From Bispira polyomma (lineage: Eukaryota): a stretch of DNA of 64,000 nt. Numbering within the stretch: position 1 is the stretch's first letter; each line of letters begins with the position of its first letter. The position numbers and the translations under genes were made by a program. The notes under the pieces are model-generated. The model searched no databases. It had not been told where the DNA came from and saw only the letters and a program-made list of their open reading frames with translations. Shown here one piece after another: positions 12,953 to 25,816 of the stretch. The stretch is taken from NCBI GenBank assembly GCA_965649765.1, contig OZ287749.1, positions 44,640,001 to 44,704,000 of the forward strand, written 5' to 3'.

Positions 12953-13174
12953 CAGTAGAAATCTATATTATCTGAACTTTTATTATCCAAACCAATCTCA
13001 TTACCTCATTCTAAAATGTACATGTTGCTATTAGTTTGCAGTAAAATGACTTCTTCTACTTTATGAATTTTCCATTGTTCTTGGTTTATTAGTTGATGAT
13101 TTTGTCTATAATCTCTAATATAACATCAAAAATTATGTTCAGATAATGGTGTTCAGATAATATAGGTTGGAATG
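12953..13174. mobile_element. Tc1/mariner-type MITE
   Basis: ta|cagtagaaatctatattatctgaac ... gttcagataatataggttggaatg|ta. Confidence 0.7.
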
Positions 13175-13619
13175 TATGCTAGTATTTTTTTAGTCTTTTG
13201 AAATCAGTGAATACTCCAGGGTTTCATGTCTTTCAGTTGTGGAAGAGGGTTCTTGTTCAAGTTTTACCTTGTAATATATGGTCATGTTATTTTTTTGACA
13301 AACTTTTACGTTGTATTTGACTATGATGATGTGACCCAGTTTTTAAAAAATCTGTAACTTTTAAGTTGTCTGGTCAGTTTCCCTTGAGATTTGTTAAAGC
13401 TTACTGTGGTACAAAAATGTCCTTTCATCAAGAAGTTACAAACTTGAAATGTTGTTTGTATTCCCTGTAAGTATTAACAGTATATATTTTTTTGTTGTTA
13501 AGTAGGAGCGGTGTACAGTATAAAACATATGAACATATCTGTAGTAAGATAGAACTTTATACCATATTCTTAAACCCCTTTAAGTGGAACCTTTATGGAA
13601 CCAGAAAATATACACTCTA

Positions 13620-14088
13620 CTTAAGCAGGATTTCTACATAAAATACCTCTCCTTTACGCAGAATTTCTACATGAAATACCTTTGCCAAAGCAGAATTTCC
13701 ACATGAAATAGCTTTACTTTAAGCAGAATTTCTACATGAAATACCTTTACTTAAGCAGAATTTCTACATGAAATACCTTTACTAAAGCAGAATTTCTACA
13801 TGAAATATCTTTACTTAAACAGGATTTCTACATGAAATACCTTTACTTAAACAGGATTTCTACATGAAATATCTTTACTTAAACAGGATTTCTACATGAA
13901 ATATCTTTACTTAAACAGGATTTCTACATGAAATATCTTTACTTAAACAGGATTTCTACATGAAATACCTTTACTTAAACAGGATTTCTACATGAAATAC
14001 CTTTAGTTAAGCAGGATTTTTACATAAAATACCTACGCTTAAACAGGATTTCTACATGAAATACCTTTACTTAAACAGGATTTCTACA
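13620..14088. repeat. 32-bp minisatellite, ~14.5 copies
   Basis: Consensus ttaaacaggatttctacatgaaatacctttac. Confidence 0.95.
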
Positions 14089-16726
14089 CTAACAGGGTCA
14101 GTTTTCAAGCGACAGACCTTTGTGGGACTAAAGCTTTTTCTTCCATGTAAAGGAAAATTGACTTCACAGAGTTCTACTTATAGGGGTTGGACTGTATCTA
14201 TTTTGTGTGTAGGTTGTAGTGCTTTGTACATATATGGTATTGCAATGTAACTTTAACGTATTAAACTTTGGACAACAGGTAAACGTTTTCACTCAATATT
14301 CAACAATAATAGTAACAATTTAAATAGTTTATTGTTATAAGATTTATCGCTTAAATATACCTTTGCATATTGACAAAGAAATATATTTGAAAAAGTGAAC
14401 TTTTAATGTGGTTAAAGGTGATTTGCGCCAAAGTTATATATGCGACGAAGTTACATAAAACTACGTTATTCTTATATAAGTCGGGTGAAGGTAAATGTTT
14501 CAGTAAGAATGGCTGCTCTTGGGTCTCCGTAAACATTATTTTCTGTAAGTTGGAAGACACTGGTGCATTAATTATGTCAATTGTTGGCTGTATATTCACA
14601 TATTTTCTCAGTTATCAGGGCCGCAGGCAGATGTTGACATAATCAGTTTGGCGCTATATTTTGGTGTTTAGTAATATCGTCGACGTACCAGTTTCCTTTC
14701 CATTTTACTTTCCAGTCTAAACGTTTTTAACGTCACATTAAAATTGCTTTACACATAAAAATAATAAAACAATCTTTGAAATAGAAAGTGTAATTTATAT
14801 AAATACACATTTCGGCGAGAGATAAGTGCTTTTACTGTTTTCGTTACTGTTTATAAGTGCTACAAAATCAAAAACGTACGCAACTGTTTTAATAGCCTGG
14901 AAAGTGGTACCACCATCATACTAGTTGTAGTACTCTAAAAGAATGAAGTTACAGGTATATGAATTTATCTGCCACAATTGCCTAGTGGGGGTAACACCAA
15001 CAGAGGACCTGGTTTTAATCCCAGTCTGGGGCATCCAGATACAGGCAGATACGTAGAAGTTCAGATGGCCAACTCTTCTCTTGTCATTGATAAATGATCC
15101 TGTCCATGAAAATTACTTAAAGTAACTTCTCTTAGCTTTAGCAAATCAGATTGCTTCATATAATTTGGTGAGCCTGATCGTTGCGTTAATAGAAACTTTG
15201 TTTTATTTTAAATAAGAATCTTTGTGACTACCAGCCTAACCAGCAGTGGAAAGTCCTGTGTTTCTGTCAAAGGTTAGTTAAAATAAGAGAGAAAAAGCCA
15301 ACCATGTCAGATTCGTTGTTGCGCGATTATGTAAATAGGAATCTTACCTGAAGTAAGTTTACATGCCTCAGTCAATGCATTAATGTATTTTTATCTTCTA
15401 AACTGTTTGCTTTTGAGCTTTGAAATACTTGTTGGTTAAGTTGTCTCTTCTTTTTTTTATTATGTAAATGATAGTACATATGCTTGCTATTTATTCTTTG
15501 CAAGTTTTTATTTTGTTTGTTTCAGTAAAGACTTTGTAACCACAAATTCTTAAGCCTTTGTGATCTAGATTTTAATAGGATTGAACACAAACAGATTTGT
15601 AGTTCTGTGTCAAAAAAACAAAGAACCACTTTTATCTCAAAACTTCCAAACTTCTGAACACATTTCCACTCTCCCAAAGTTACGTTTTCCTATTAGGTTC
15701 TACTAGAATGAATCTTCTGTTTTATGAACCTTCTGTAATCCAAACAAACATCTGTTTCTCTATAAACATATTTGGATAATAGAGGTTCTAGTGTACCAAG
15801 AAACTGATTAAGTCCAATCTCTTTGACAAAGTCGACAAAATTGTGTTTTTTTTACATTCATATGCACAATGGAAAACGTGTAAAAAAAAACAATGAATGT
15901 TGCAAAACATAGCCATTTTTTTATTGAAAAGTCCTCGTATGAAGTATACCGGTAAATTTACTTCTATTTACAAAGAGTTCAGTCCATAAAGAGTTCTACT
16001 TTACCATAATCGAATGCAACAGTCGAACCTCAAGGGACCACGAGAAATACCTCTACTCAAGTAACATTGCCAATATACAGAACAGATTCTAAAATAATAG
16101 GTTTAATTGGTACTACAGATTATTCTCCACACAAAAAAAAAAAAAAAATTAATCTAACAGAATTACACTTAAAGGGGTTTGACTGTATTCAAATTGATGG
16201 TCTACCAAGTAAAGAATTTGTGGTGCAATGTTCCTGTGACCTGCAGATTTGAATCAATGTAAAATCTGCTATATAATGAATTATTGTTTAATTTGTTTTA
16301 CATACATGACAAAATAATACAGTAAGTATATTGTATATAATTATGTAGTTTGTTAACTTGACAACACTAATGATGGCCAGGCTTCTGAATCATTACATGT
16401 ACATACTTCCTATTTGTTGTTGTCAATGTGTTGTAGATACTGGAACCTTGATTGGTTAGACAACAATTGCGAAAAATATTGTGGACATTTTATATAATCT
16501 TCAATCGTAGTAAGTTGTACGTGTCTGCAAAATAGCCGTATTGAGTTTTCACAAAAAATATGGGGATATATGACAAGTTTTATTCATAAGTAAACAAAAT
16601 GTCAAACAACCACAAAATGGCCGTCATTTGTTAAATTTTGTGAGTGGTCATGTGATGATTTAAAACAAAAATCTTGAGAAATCTTAAAATGGCAGTAACT
16701 CACAATGGTGGTCCATATGTGGTAGA

Positions 16727-16982
16727 ATTGAATTGAATTTGGATATTTAACGTCCACTCTAGTACCTGTTTAGGTTATATTGGGACGGGTAGTTGGAAAC
16801 GCTGGAGGAAACACTGCATACAGTTGATCAAGGTTCTGCACTGAAACCAGCGGCCCACAGTAAGGAACTACCACCTTTCCCACAGAGGCATCAATGGGAT
16901 TCGAACTCACGCCGCCCAGAGGTGAGAGACCAGTGATTGTGTGAAGCGCAGAGCTTGCTAACCATTAGGCCACCACGGCCCC
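16727..16982 (-). mobile_element. Full-length tRNA-derived SINE with ~15-bp TSD
   Basis: Minus strand GGGGCCGTGGTGGCCTAATGG (A box) and GAGTTCGAATCCC (B box), (attca)n tail; TSD tccatatgt(gg/ag)(t/c)aga. Confidence 0.85.
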
Positions 16983-19900
16983 ATCCATATGTAGCAGAGT
17001 GGTGGCAGATACAAGTTAGACTGTATGTAGTTTTCTTGTGCTAAAACATTTGATTTTCCTGAACAGTTTGACTGCCATGTAACGGGAAAGAGATTCTTTG
17101 TGTCTCCCATAAATTAAGGTTACATTTTGTGAGAAAAAGATACAAGAGGAAAAGATACAAGCGCTCATTTTGTGAATCCTTGTCTGGTTGTGTAACAAAA
17201 GAAATTTTTAATGTTTCTAAAGTAACTGGTTAATATTTTTATGGCCTGTGTTTTTTGATTGTGTGAAGCCCGATCTTTCGGTATAGTTTTAAAACTACAT
17301 GTATATCTATAGTGTAAATTGCAATACAAATCTATATATTTTTTCAATATTATATGTTAAATGTTAACCCATTGTGTCATATATATACATATATATATTC
17401 ATATACAGCCAATACAGAAAATTAAAAGTATATATGTTATGGATACATGTATTTTTTTTCTTGTTCTAGTTCATATCACAAGTGACATTTGTGATCCCAG
17501 TAACTACCTACAAAAGGTAATGTCGTACCTGGTGACAAAATTGCCCGTTGTAACGTGGAGTGACACAGTACATAACATTTTTTTGAGGAGTCCAGAATGC
17601 AGTTTACCGCTACCAGTACGATGTCACCAGCTTTGCTTCCAAATTTTGGGGTTTTGCTAAATTAAAATAAAATATTTCTTTCTAATAATAATCTATTCTG
17701 TATTAATGCCAAACTTATATCTTATTTGTTAATTTTAACAATTTTAAGCGACAACCTTTCCACCTTTTTGAAAAACATTTCTATACAAATTTCCCTGACC
17801 CGTGTTTCATGTACCCTCGCAAAACACATTCCAAGACTCTAAAACCAACAGTAAATGAGATATGAAGCAAAAACATAAAGATTAACCTCTCTGGTTTTAA
17901 AAGTAACCTTAAAACAGGTTTTTAGGGTGAAAACATCACTAGTAACTTTCTTTCATCTTACACAGATATTTTGAGTACATATTCCAATATATGTTTTAAC
18001 ATGTGAAACAAATTTTCGAAAATCTTGCCTGTATGACCCCAGTTTGACTGAAGGTCATAGGTCAGATCTGACCAGTCTATTAGTTTATCAATAACAATAT
18101 ATCCAAGACTCTAGAACGATAGTATAACAGACATAAAGAAAGTATGAAAATCGATTTTAGAAACAGAAAAACGACCTTTAAACAGACCTGCATTAGATTC
18201 CCTGGTTTTATATTTTCTCACAATACATTTCAAGGCTCGAAACGCCATAGAAAATTCCTGACTCTACAATTAAAGTTTTGGACGTAAAGCCATTAACAAG
18301 ATTCAATGTGTACATGGTAACGCATATGTATGCGAGATCTCAGATTGATCGATTAGGTGACAATTTTTGCAGACCCAGGTAATGTTCCAATCCATATGCC
18401 ATGTACAAATAATGGCGGTTCATGGCTGCAAGGTACCCATGGAAAAACAAAAACTCTTGGAACTGCAGTAAAGTAGATGGCAATGTTTCGGTATTTTTTA
18501 AAGTATTGATTATATTGCTGCTTGAGGCATTTTCACGTGTCGGCTGACAACTTCACTAACATAGAAATGTATCGAAACAGTAATTTTAAAATGGTATCTT
18601 TTAACTCCCAAGTGTCTATTTTCGTAATTTTTGATATGAAATCTGCACTACCATTACATGTAATATTGCATTGTACTGCTTGGTGGTTCTTGGATTTTAA
18701 TTCTCTGGGGATATTGTTGACATATGGCACATACCATGCTGTTACAGTTGTCGAGGCAACACAAATTGGCTATCTTCAGTTCAAACAACCTAAACACATG
18801 GGAAATCTGACTCTTTCACCCCGCTGGCATATAAAGCAATAGTAGTAAGAGTTGCCCAAAGATAACTACATGTACATCTTGTGCATAATGTGGCTCCCAA
18901 GGTTCCAAGAACTATCCATAATTCACATATATTAAACTACTTTTTAATGTCAAGACAGATATCTCTAGCTATGAGATGGCAGAAGCTTTCCTTGTTGAGA
19001 AGAATAAAATTAAAAATATACGGGACGGGAACATTATTTATTTATTTTTTTTTTCTGGATAGGGAAAGACCAGCCGCAGACTGTGCCAGCTTATCAGTGC
19101 ACGACAACCCCTTTGTATTCTGTCAGATTGTACAATTGAACATGGAATGCAGTTTAACCACCTGACAGCAGCGATCAGTGACGTGAATGAAGTCCTAGCA
19201 AAAATATGTGTTTAGCTTTTCTAAGCAACAAATACCCCAGTCACACAGCAGTTGCGATCTCTAACAGACCACCTACAACCTCCAAATGATAGAAGATTGT
19301 CAGAAGTTTTCATAATTCTTTAAATAATGTGCCAAGATTTTTTGCTGTTGTCTGGAAGTCTCTTAGACTGGAATTACCAGTTTAGTCGGAAGCAGGTTTT
19401 CGCTTTGCATCAGAAACCTGCTTGCGAATGAACTGGTTGGAGATGGTCTGCAAGTGGCGCCTGTGGTATTACAAACAATGTACGAGATGTTCTGCAAGTC
19501 AGAAGCACTCACCGACCATGTCTGATTGTGTGATGTTCTTCTTACTGAGCATTTCTCAGTGTATTGTATTATTATATATTTTTAGTACACCTTATTGATG
19601 CGAGGCATCTTCTAAAGCGTAACAACAGAATTAGTTAACCTAAGAGAAGTCCATACACATAGCAAAGGTCGTAAGGAAGGATGTGGAGGTGTACAAGGAG
19701 AGAACTAAGGGGGGTGAACAGTGTAAGCAACTGGTTGCACAAAGTATCATAACCAGTCAGGGACTACCAGCTTTCACCACCAACTAGTAACTTCTTTGTT
19801 GACTGTTCGGCCACTGCTCGACCACTGCTCAGTAATCAGTTAAAAATCACCTGTGATCCATGAAAGTTCACCTGTGAAGCTGTGATTACTCGGCGACAGG

Positions 19901-20019
19901 TCGCAAATTAGTTACTTCTCTGTACAAACACCAGATTCTCTGTTATACTGATCAGTCTTCCACCTGTTGTCGATCAGTGAACACATACTGCAGGATTTTT
20001 TTAATGGAGAATTTTAATT

Positions 20020-21560
20020 ATGCCACCAAAGAAGGGGAAGCGCAAGGGTTCATGCCAGTTATTCAAGACATATTGCCAAACAACCAACAGGGATAGTGGA
20101 GATGGCAACATGTCACTGGACTCCAAGGATGACATGAGACAGACTACATCCACTTCTAAAGCCCCAGCCACCACTTAAACCACTCTAGCCACCACTAAAG
20201 CCATGCTAGCCACCACTACTACAGCCACCACTGAAGCCACTCCAGTCGTCACTGAAACCACTACAGCCACAACTAAAGCCACTCCATCCACCACTGAAGC
20301 CATGCTAACCACCACCACTACAACCACTAGTGATGTCACTCCAGCCATCACGAAGCCACTCCAGCCACCACTACTAAAACCATCAGCTCCACCTGAGTCA
20401 CCTCTCCAACCACCACTGGGACAGTCTAAACATATCGGAGCAGCTGACAAATGAGCAGGAGGTGGTGGTTTGTTTTGAGGGCAACCCCATTTTCTATGAC
20501 CAGTTCAGGAGGGACTTTAAGGACAGGGCCAAACGGGAGTGTGTGCGGAGTGACAAAGGTACAATGACAAATAATAAGTGAGTAAAGAAGTTAAAAACTT
20601 AAAATGTTAGTAAAATCGGTTCATTTGTAGGTAAGTTAATGAATAAATGCATTGTATAACAGAATACTGTTAATAATAAATGGTTGTCAGATAATATGTT
20701 TAACTATTATTACTGATATTACAAACAAAATCCTGTGGCATACTTATAGGTACCCAGTGGACATTGTTAATGAAAAAGTCCATGAGGACTGTCTTTGGAA
20801 AGCTGAGTAAAAAATAACTGGCTAGGCAACAAGGTCCTGACATCCAGGCAGAAGCGGACCCTGGCCTCTTGCACCTTCCTGAGTGTGCAACTCACTGTCT
20901 GGATTCAGAGTAGAATTCTGGCCAACTGTATGGATGTTGCGCTTTAGAGGATGCCTAAACAGTAATTTGGGAACTAAGTAATTTGTTGTAACACTACATT
21001 GTAGAATGTTGTGTACTTAAATGTAACATCTAGTTTGTAGATTTCTTCAAAGACCTTCATTAATTCAGATGATGAAATACTTATCTAATACTTACCTCTT
21101 GTACTTCTTTTATAGGCCCCAAGTGTCCTAGTAGATGAGGTGGCCCCTGATGGGAGGACTATGCCAGCCAGCTAAGCCCCAGCCAACCAGGTTCCAACCG
21201 GACAGAGGGGGAGGTCATGGTGAAGCTGGCCAACATTGATACCTCTTTCTCACAAGTCACCGAACAGCTGGAGACAGTGGTTCGGAGAGCAACCAATGAG
21301 ATAAGCCACTGAGTGGGCATGAATGCCACCAAGCTGTCTGACCATCTCTGGAAGGGCTCTTTATCATGGCCATGAAGTACCAGCAGCTGCAACAGCCACA
21401 GGAGACTCTCTTGGTACAGCAGCCACTCAAGCTGCCCATGCCAGCAAACGTTTAACCTGCCTCTGCCCCTTCCCCCCCAATTCCATCAACAGCAGACTTG
21501 GCAACCCCCTCAGCATTGGCCCCAGCAGCAACAGCAGATGAACCTGTCCCAGGCAAATTT
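20020..21560 (+). pseudogene. Disrupted, intron-containing MADF/Myb-like gene of the Harbinger element
   Basis: MPPKKGKRK start, TAA at 20176, Thr-rich linker, frameshift to LTNEQEVVVCFEGNPIFYDQFRRDFKDRAKR (20444-20558), then KSMRTVFGKLSKK and LTSRQKRTLASCTFL (20770-20895). Confidence 0.65.
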
Positions 21561-21904
21561 GGGAGAGGGGGGGGAGCTAAACACCTCTGGGCAGTTGGCG
21601 AGTTTGATAAGATCCAGGCCCAGTCATCACAACTAAAGAAGCCTGACAGTGATGGTGATTATTGATTATGGGGTCAGTGATTATGGGGACAGTGTTGTAA
21701 TGGGAATTTAATCAGTACACAGGAACCTTATCATGTCATTGATTTTACACAACAAAACTTATGATGTTTTGTGTCATGCAAATGCAAAATATCTTTCATA
21801 CTACCTACTGTCATGACAGAGTTTAAACCCTGAACAAATGATTGTATGAGGGTAAAGAAGGTTAAAGAATACACATCTAAAATATTTGTGATGTAGCTGA
21901 TTAT

Positions 21905-22215
21905 GATTATTATTATTATTACTTCATTAATTTTTAACGCGCTTTATTGATGTTGGGCATCTTCTAAAGTGTGACAGCAAAATCATTGATCTAATCGTCT
22001 ATCGGCATAGCAAGGTTGCAAGGAAAGATGTGGGGCGTACAGGAGGGAAACTAAGGATAATACCATCCCAAAGAGAAAAATTTAATATGTTGGTTATGGG
22101 TGTGACTAGAATGCCGAGGCATTGATTTAGAATAACAGCTAGGATAGGATCTAGTTGACAATAAATAATAGGAGAGGATTTCATGAGTTTTAGAACATCC
22201 TGCTTAGAAAGTGTG
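21905..22215 (-). mobile_element. L2/CR1-clade LINE fragment with 3' tail
   Basis: DVLKLMKSSPIIYCQLDPILAVILNQCLGILVTPITNILNFSL RT N-terminal segment; tail gaagatgcc..atcaataa..gcgttaaaa shared with copies at ~19580, ~32440, ~33740 and ~41160. Confidence 0.7.
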
Positions 22216-22289
22216 CAGAAATGGAACACCTTATACCCTGGAGTTGGAAGACAGAAATGATACTTCGTTAAAAAAACGTCACGTGGTAT

Positions 22290-22830
22290 ATAGAACTTTA
22301 CTGTGTCTTAGCTGCTTAGTTCCCAAAACATTGCCGCATATAATGGCATACAGGATGTTTTATACAACTTACATTTTACATCTACGTCAGCACACCTGAA
22401 CATAGAATTAATACTATTACACACACTGATGAAGTTAGTCACTACTGTTGTAAAAACTCTGTCATCACACCTAAGTGTTAGGACAAGACCTAAATGAACA
22501 TCATGTGAAGATGTTCTCATAAATACATTATTGTGCCAGATACCATCGATTTCTTTATCTTTAGTACAATGCAGAAACTGATATTAGCCTACATTAAACA
22601 TGACATCAAAGTTACAACTGAACTCTTCACAAATATCTAACATTTGTTTTAGTGCTGTTACAGATGGTGCAATAATTGGCACATCATCAGCATATTCTAC
22701 AGCTCCTTAATAGAAGTGTCACCAATATAGCACTGTCCTTGAGTTTCTTAAGTAAGACATCAATGTAAATGTAAAATAGTAATCCCTCTCTGTTTCACAC
22801 CATTACATACATCCGCATTCTTAATATCAA
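22290..22830 (-). mobile_element. Non-LTR retrotransposon RT fragment, degenerate
   Basis: Minus-strand NGVKQRG..LLFYIYID and EYADDVPIIAPSVTALKQMLDICEEF (YADD at ~22683-22694). Confidence 0.8.
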
Positions 22831-25579
22831 TGCAGTAGTAATATATAAATATATAAGTCCTGTTTTTTCAAGAAAAATATTTTTTTGCTCAATAAAAGAA
22901 ATTGTTTGAAGTCAATCCTGAAACTTCGAACAAATAAAAGATACATATGACCGCTGATGACCTACATGACCCTGATCAATTATGTCTTGGAAAGAATGGA
23001 TTTTAAGGATGATCTTAAAGAAGGATGGTGGCCATTGAAAAGGAATACCTACTAGGACACAAGGCATAACTGGTATAAGTTAAACATAAGGAAAAAAATT
23101 AGATTAACCAAAAAAACAAGGAACAGGTTAGATTCAGGAATACCTTATATTCCAAGGAAGAAACTAGCTTACAAGGAAAAACTTAAACATTTGGTCATTT
23201 TTTCAGCACTAACAGGACAACTGATTGACATTAGTACATGATTTAACAATAACAAACAGGAATCACATGCACCCAATCATAACAATCCTAACTATATTGG
23301 CTCCACCTCTTGAGAAACGTTGGTGGAGCTAAGTATTCCATGGTCTTCTATTTGCCTCTATTAATCTTTAAACATTGGACATAGATGTACTGTGGTATGC
23401 AAACCTGTCTTTGGTTATCTAAATATGCTTTTACACCAGTCACACTCATTTGAAAGACCAATCCTTATAAATTTTAAAACTGGTTGTCCACTTTCGCAGG
23501 CAATCTTTAAAAACTGGTTGTACGTTAATCGCCTACCCAAAGATCTCCTAAACAATTACATTTTTGAGGTTGTACAATAGTTTGTAGGAGATCCCAACCG
23601 CTGTGTATCTGGGACATAACGTTTTAGTTCTTGACATGCAAGTAGAAACAACTTATATGTAAAGAGTAAAATATCAAAAGTTAAGTCAAGAGACAAGGTT
23701 TTGCTGAACCAGACCTTTTATGGGGTTTTACAGTAATAACCTGATCTGACTCGCAGACGTCCTGAGAAATATCCATAATGCTCAAATATATTTAACTATA
23801 TGGCTCACATCAGAAACTGGGGCCTGTAGTGGCGTGGCCCTCAAATATCGGCCCTGGCGTGTATTTGGCAAAGTTGGCACAGTACTTGCTAAAAGCCAGT
23901 GGTTTGCAGAGCAAGAACAATCTATTTTTTTTTCTAGCAGTGTTGAAAGACATGTTGTAAGTGGCGTTAAACCAAACTTACCTTTATATGTCACAGGCCA
24001 AATTAAAATCTAGGCGGATTTTAAATCGGCCTATGCGAGATTAAAATTTTGGTTTCGCCCAGGCGGAATTAAAATTTTCAAGTTAACCTGGGACATTTTT
24101 TTTTTTTTTTGGACAAGGAAAGGCCAGCTATAAGTTGTGTCAGCTTGGTAATATTATTAATAACCACGTACCGCACACTACACCAATTACTTGTCAGAAC
24201 AACATTAATGTCAAAAACAAATATATAGGACAAAGTACAAATTAAATAAATCTGACAAAGTTCGACAACACCAAGTTAGTGTGTGGTGTTTGAAATGAAG
24301 GAGGTGGAATTCTAATTGAACTTTAATTAGTCCTCACTTGTTATGTGACATTTTACTAAATTATAATGTCTTTGTTTTTAGGTTGCCTGAACTCTGTCGC
24401 CTTTTGTGACAAACATATTCTAGATTTTTCTTCTTTGATAAGGGTTTTGTTTTCTTGTTTACCACCTTTGGGTATTATTATTTATGTCATACACTTCTGT
24501 GTTGAATTTTTAAATAGAATAATTAAACCCTCGTTTATTGACGTTAAATCTCTTGTCGCCGCCTGGTACCTGAAAACAATGTTCCCTGTTTAAACAATAA
24601 GAACCACCGAGCTCCTACCACAAACACATTCACTGCCAGATCTACAAGCCAAATAGGATGCAGGTTTAATGTCTTAAAAGTTGTTTAATTTGGGTTGCAA
24701 ATCAAACTCTGCTTTGTGAATATACACACAGACTTGGTAGGTAGGTAGTCTTGCTTAGAATTAGGCGTATGCTGCAGGCAAAAAGAAATAAACCCTCACA
24801 GACATCATTTGGATTGTGGGAAACAATATATGGTTTGCATCCTGCAGTCATGAATCTCGGGCTTGGCATGTATGTGGAAAAGTTGGCGGTAGATTTGCAA
24901 GCAGGACTGTTTTCTCCACTGTCTGAACTTCCCGCCGTAATATAACAACACCAGACGTGTTGAAAAAAAGACATTGAATCCAAACTAAAATTGGAAAGAA
25001 GAATTAGTTACTTATATATGTGTACATTATGCTGAATTAAATATATACATATTCTTTTTTAATTAGTTTTAAATTGAAGGAAACTTTCTGACAAACTTGA
25101 GCCGTATATAAGGCTAACAGAATGGTGAACAAGAAATGTATCACTCACTGGCCTTCACACATCGTTGCTGGGGCTTCTGTGGTTGGTTCAAGAAGGGTAC
25201 TAATTCCAAGTGGAAGATTCTGTGTACATACACTACTGTCCAGGAAGAAAATAAACCTCTCCCCAATACACTACCCAACAAAAAAACTAACTCTTGGAGG
25301 AATCCTTCCTAATTATTGGTAGAAACTTAGTATTGCGTTTTCTCATAAAGAAATATACATTCTGCATTGCCAAGGAAGCTTCTGAGTGAAGTTTTAGCAT
25401 AAAGTAAGTACAAAGAGACAAAAATCTCAATACTTCAATTCAAATATCTCACTTTTTGACCTCTGCCAGGATGTTATGTTTGCGCCTGTGTCTATTTGTT
25501 TGTTTGTTACAAGGATTGTACAAGATCTACTGAACTAATTATTGGAATTTGGTGGAGAGATAGTGCATAGGGTGAAGGA

Positions 25580-25816
25580 TTTATTTATTTATTTCTATTT
25601 GGGTTACACGTCGCTTTAAACAGCTTTGGTCACATTTCAATAGCCAAGATTAGTGGTGGGGGAAACCAGTGCTGAGGCACTGTAAACCACTGACTAACGA
25701 TAAGTACCCGACAAACTTTCTTAAATGAAGAAGGAATCTGTGGGATTTGATCCCCAGAGGCAAGAGGCCAGTGATTTTAAAACAGGTGCTTATAACTTCT
25801 GGGCCATCGTGGCCCC
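25580..25816 (-). mobile_element. tRNA-SINE inserted in a HINE-like element (~25455-25945)
   Basis: GGGGCCACGATGGCC 5' end; imperfect TSD atagggtgaagga / atgggtgaaaga. Confidence 0.75.

Larger units (their letters stand above)
19233..23616 (+). mobile_element. Decayed PIF/Harbinger-type DNA transposon with MADF-protein pseudogene
   Basis: ~60-bp imperfect TIRs (taccccagtcacacagcagttgcgatctc / gagatcccaaccgctgtgtatctgggaca), TAA on the right flank; internal MADF-like remnants. Confidence 0.7.

Noticed and set aside
16900-16982. tRNA genes at A/B-box sequences (also 36670-36750 and 40285-40312)
   Set aside because: These are tRNA-derived SINE heads with body, tail and TSDs; no cloverleaf.
20175-20454. 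Mucin-like Thr-rich ORF and its Val-rich antisense ORF as host genes
   Set aside because: They lie between an in-frame stop and a frameshift within the decayed MADF gene of a TIR element.
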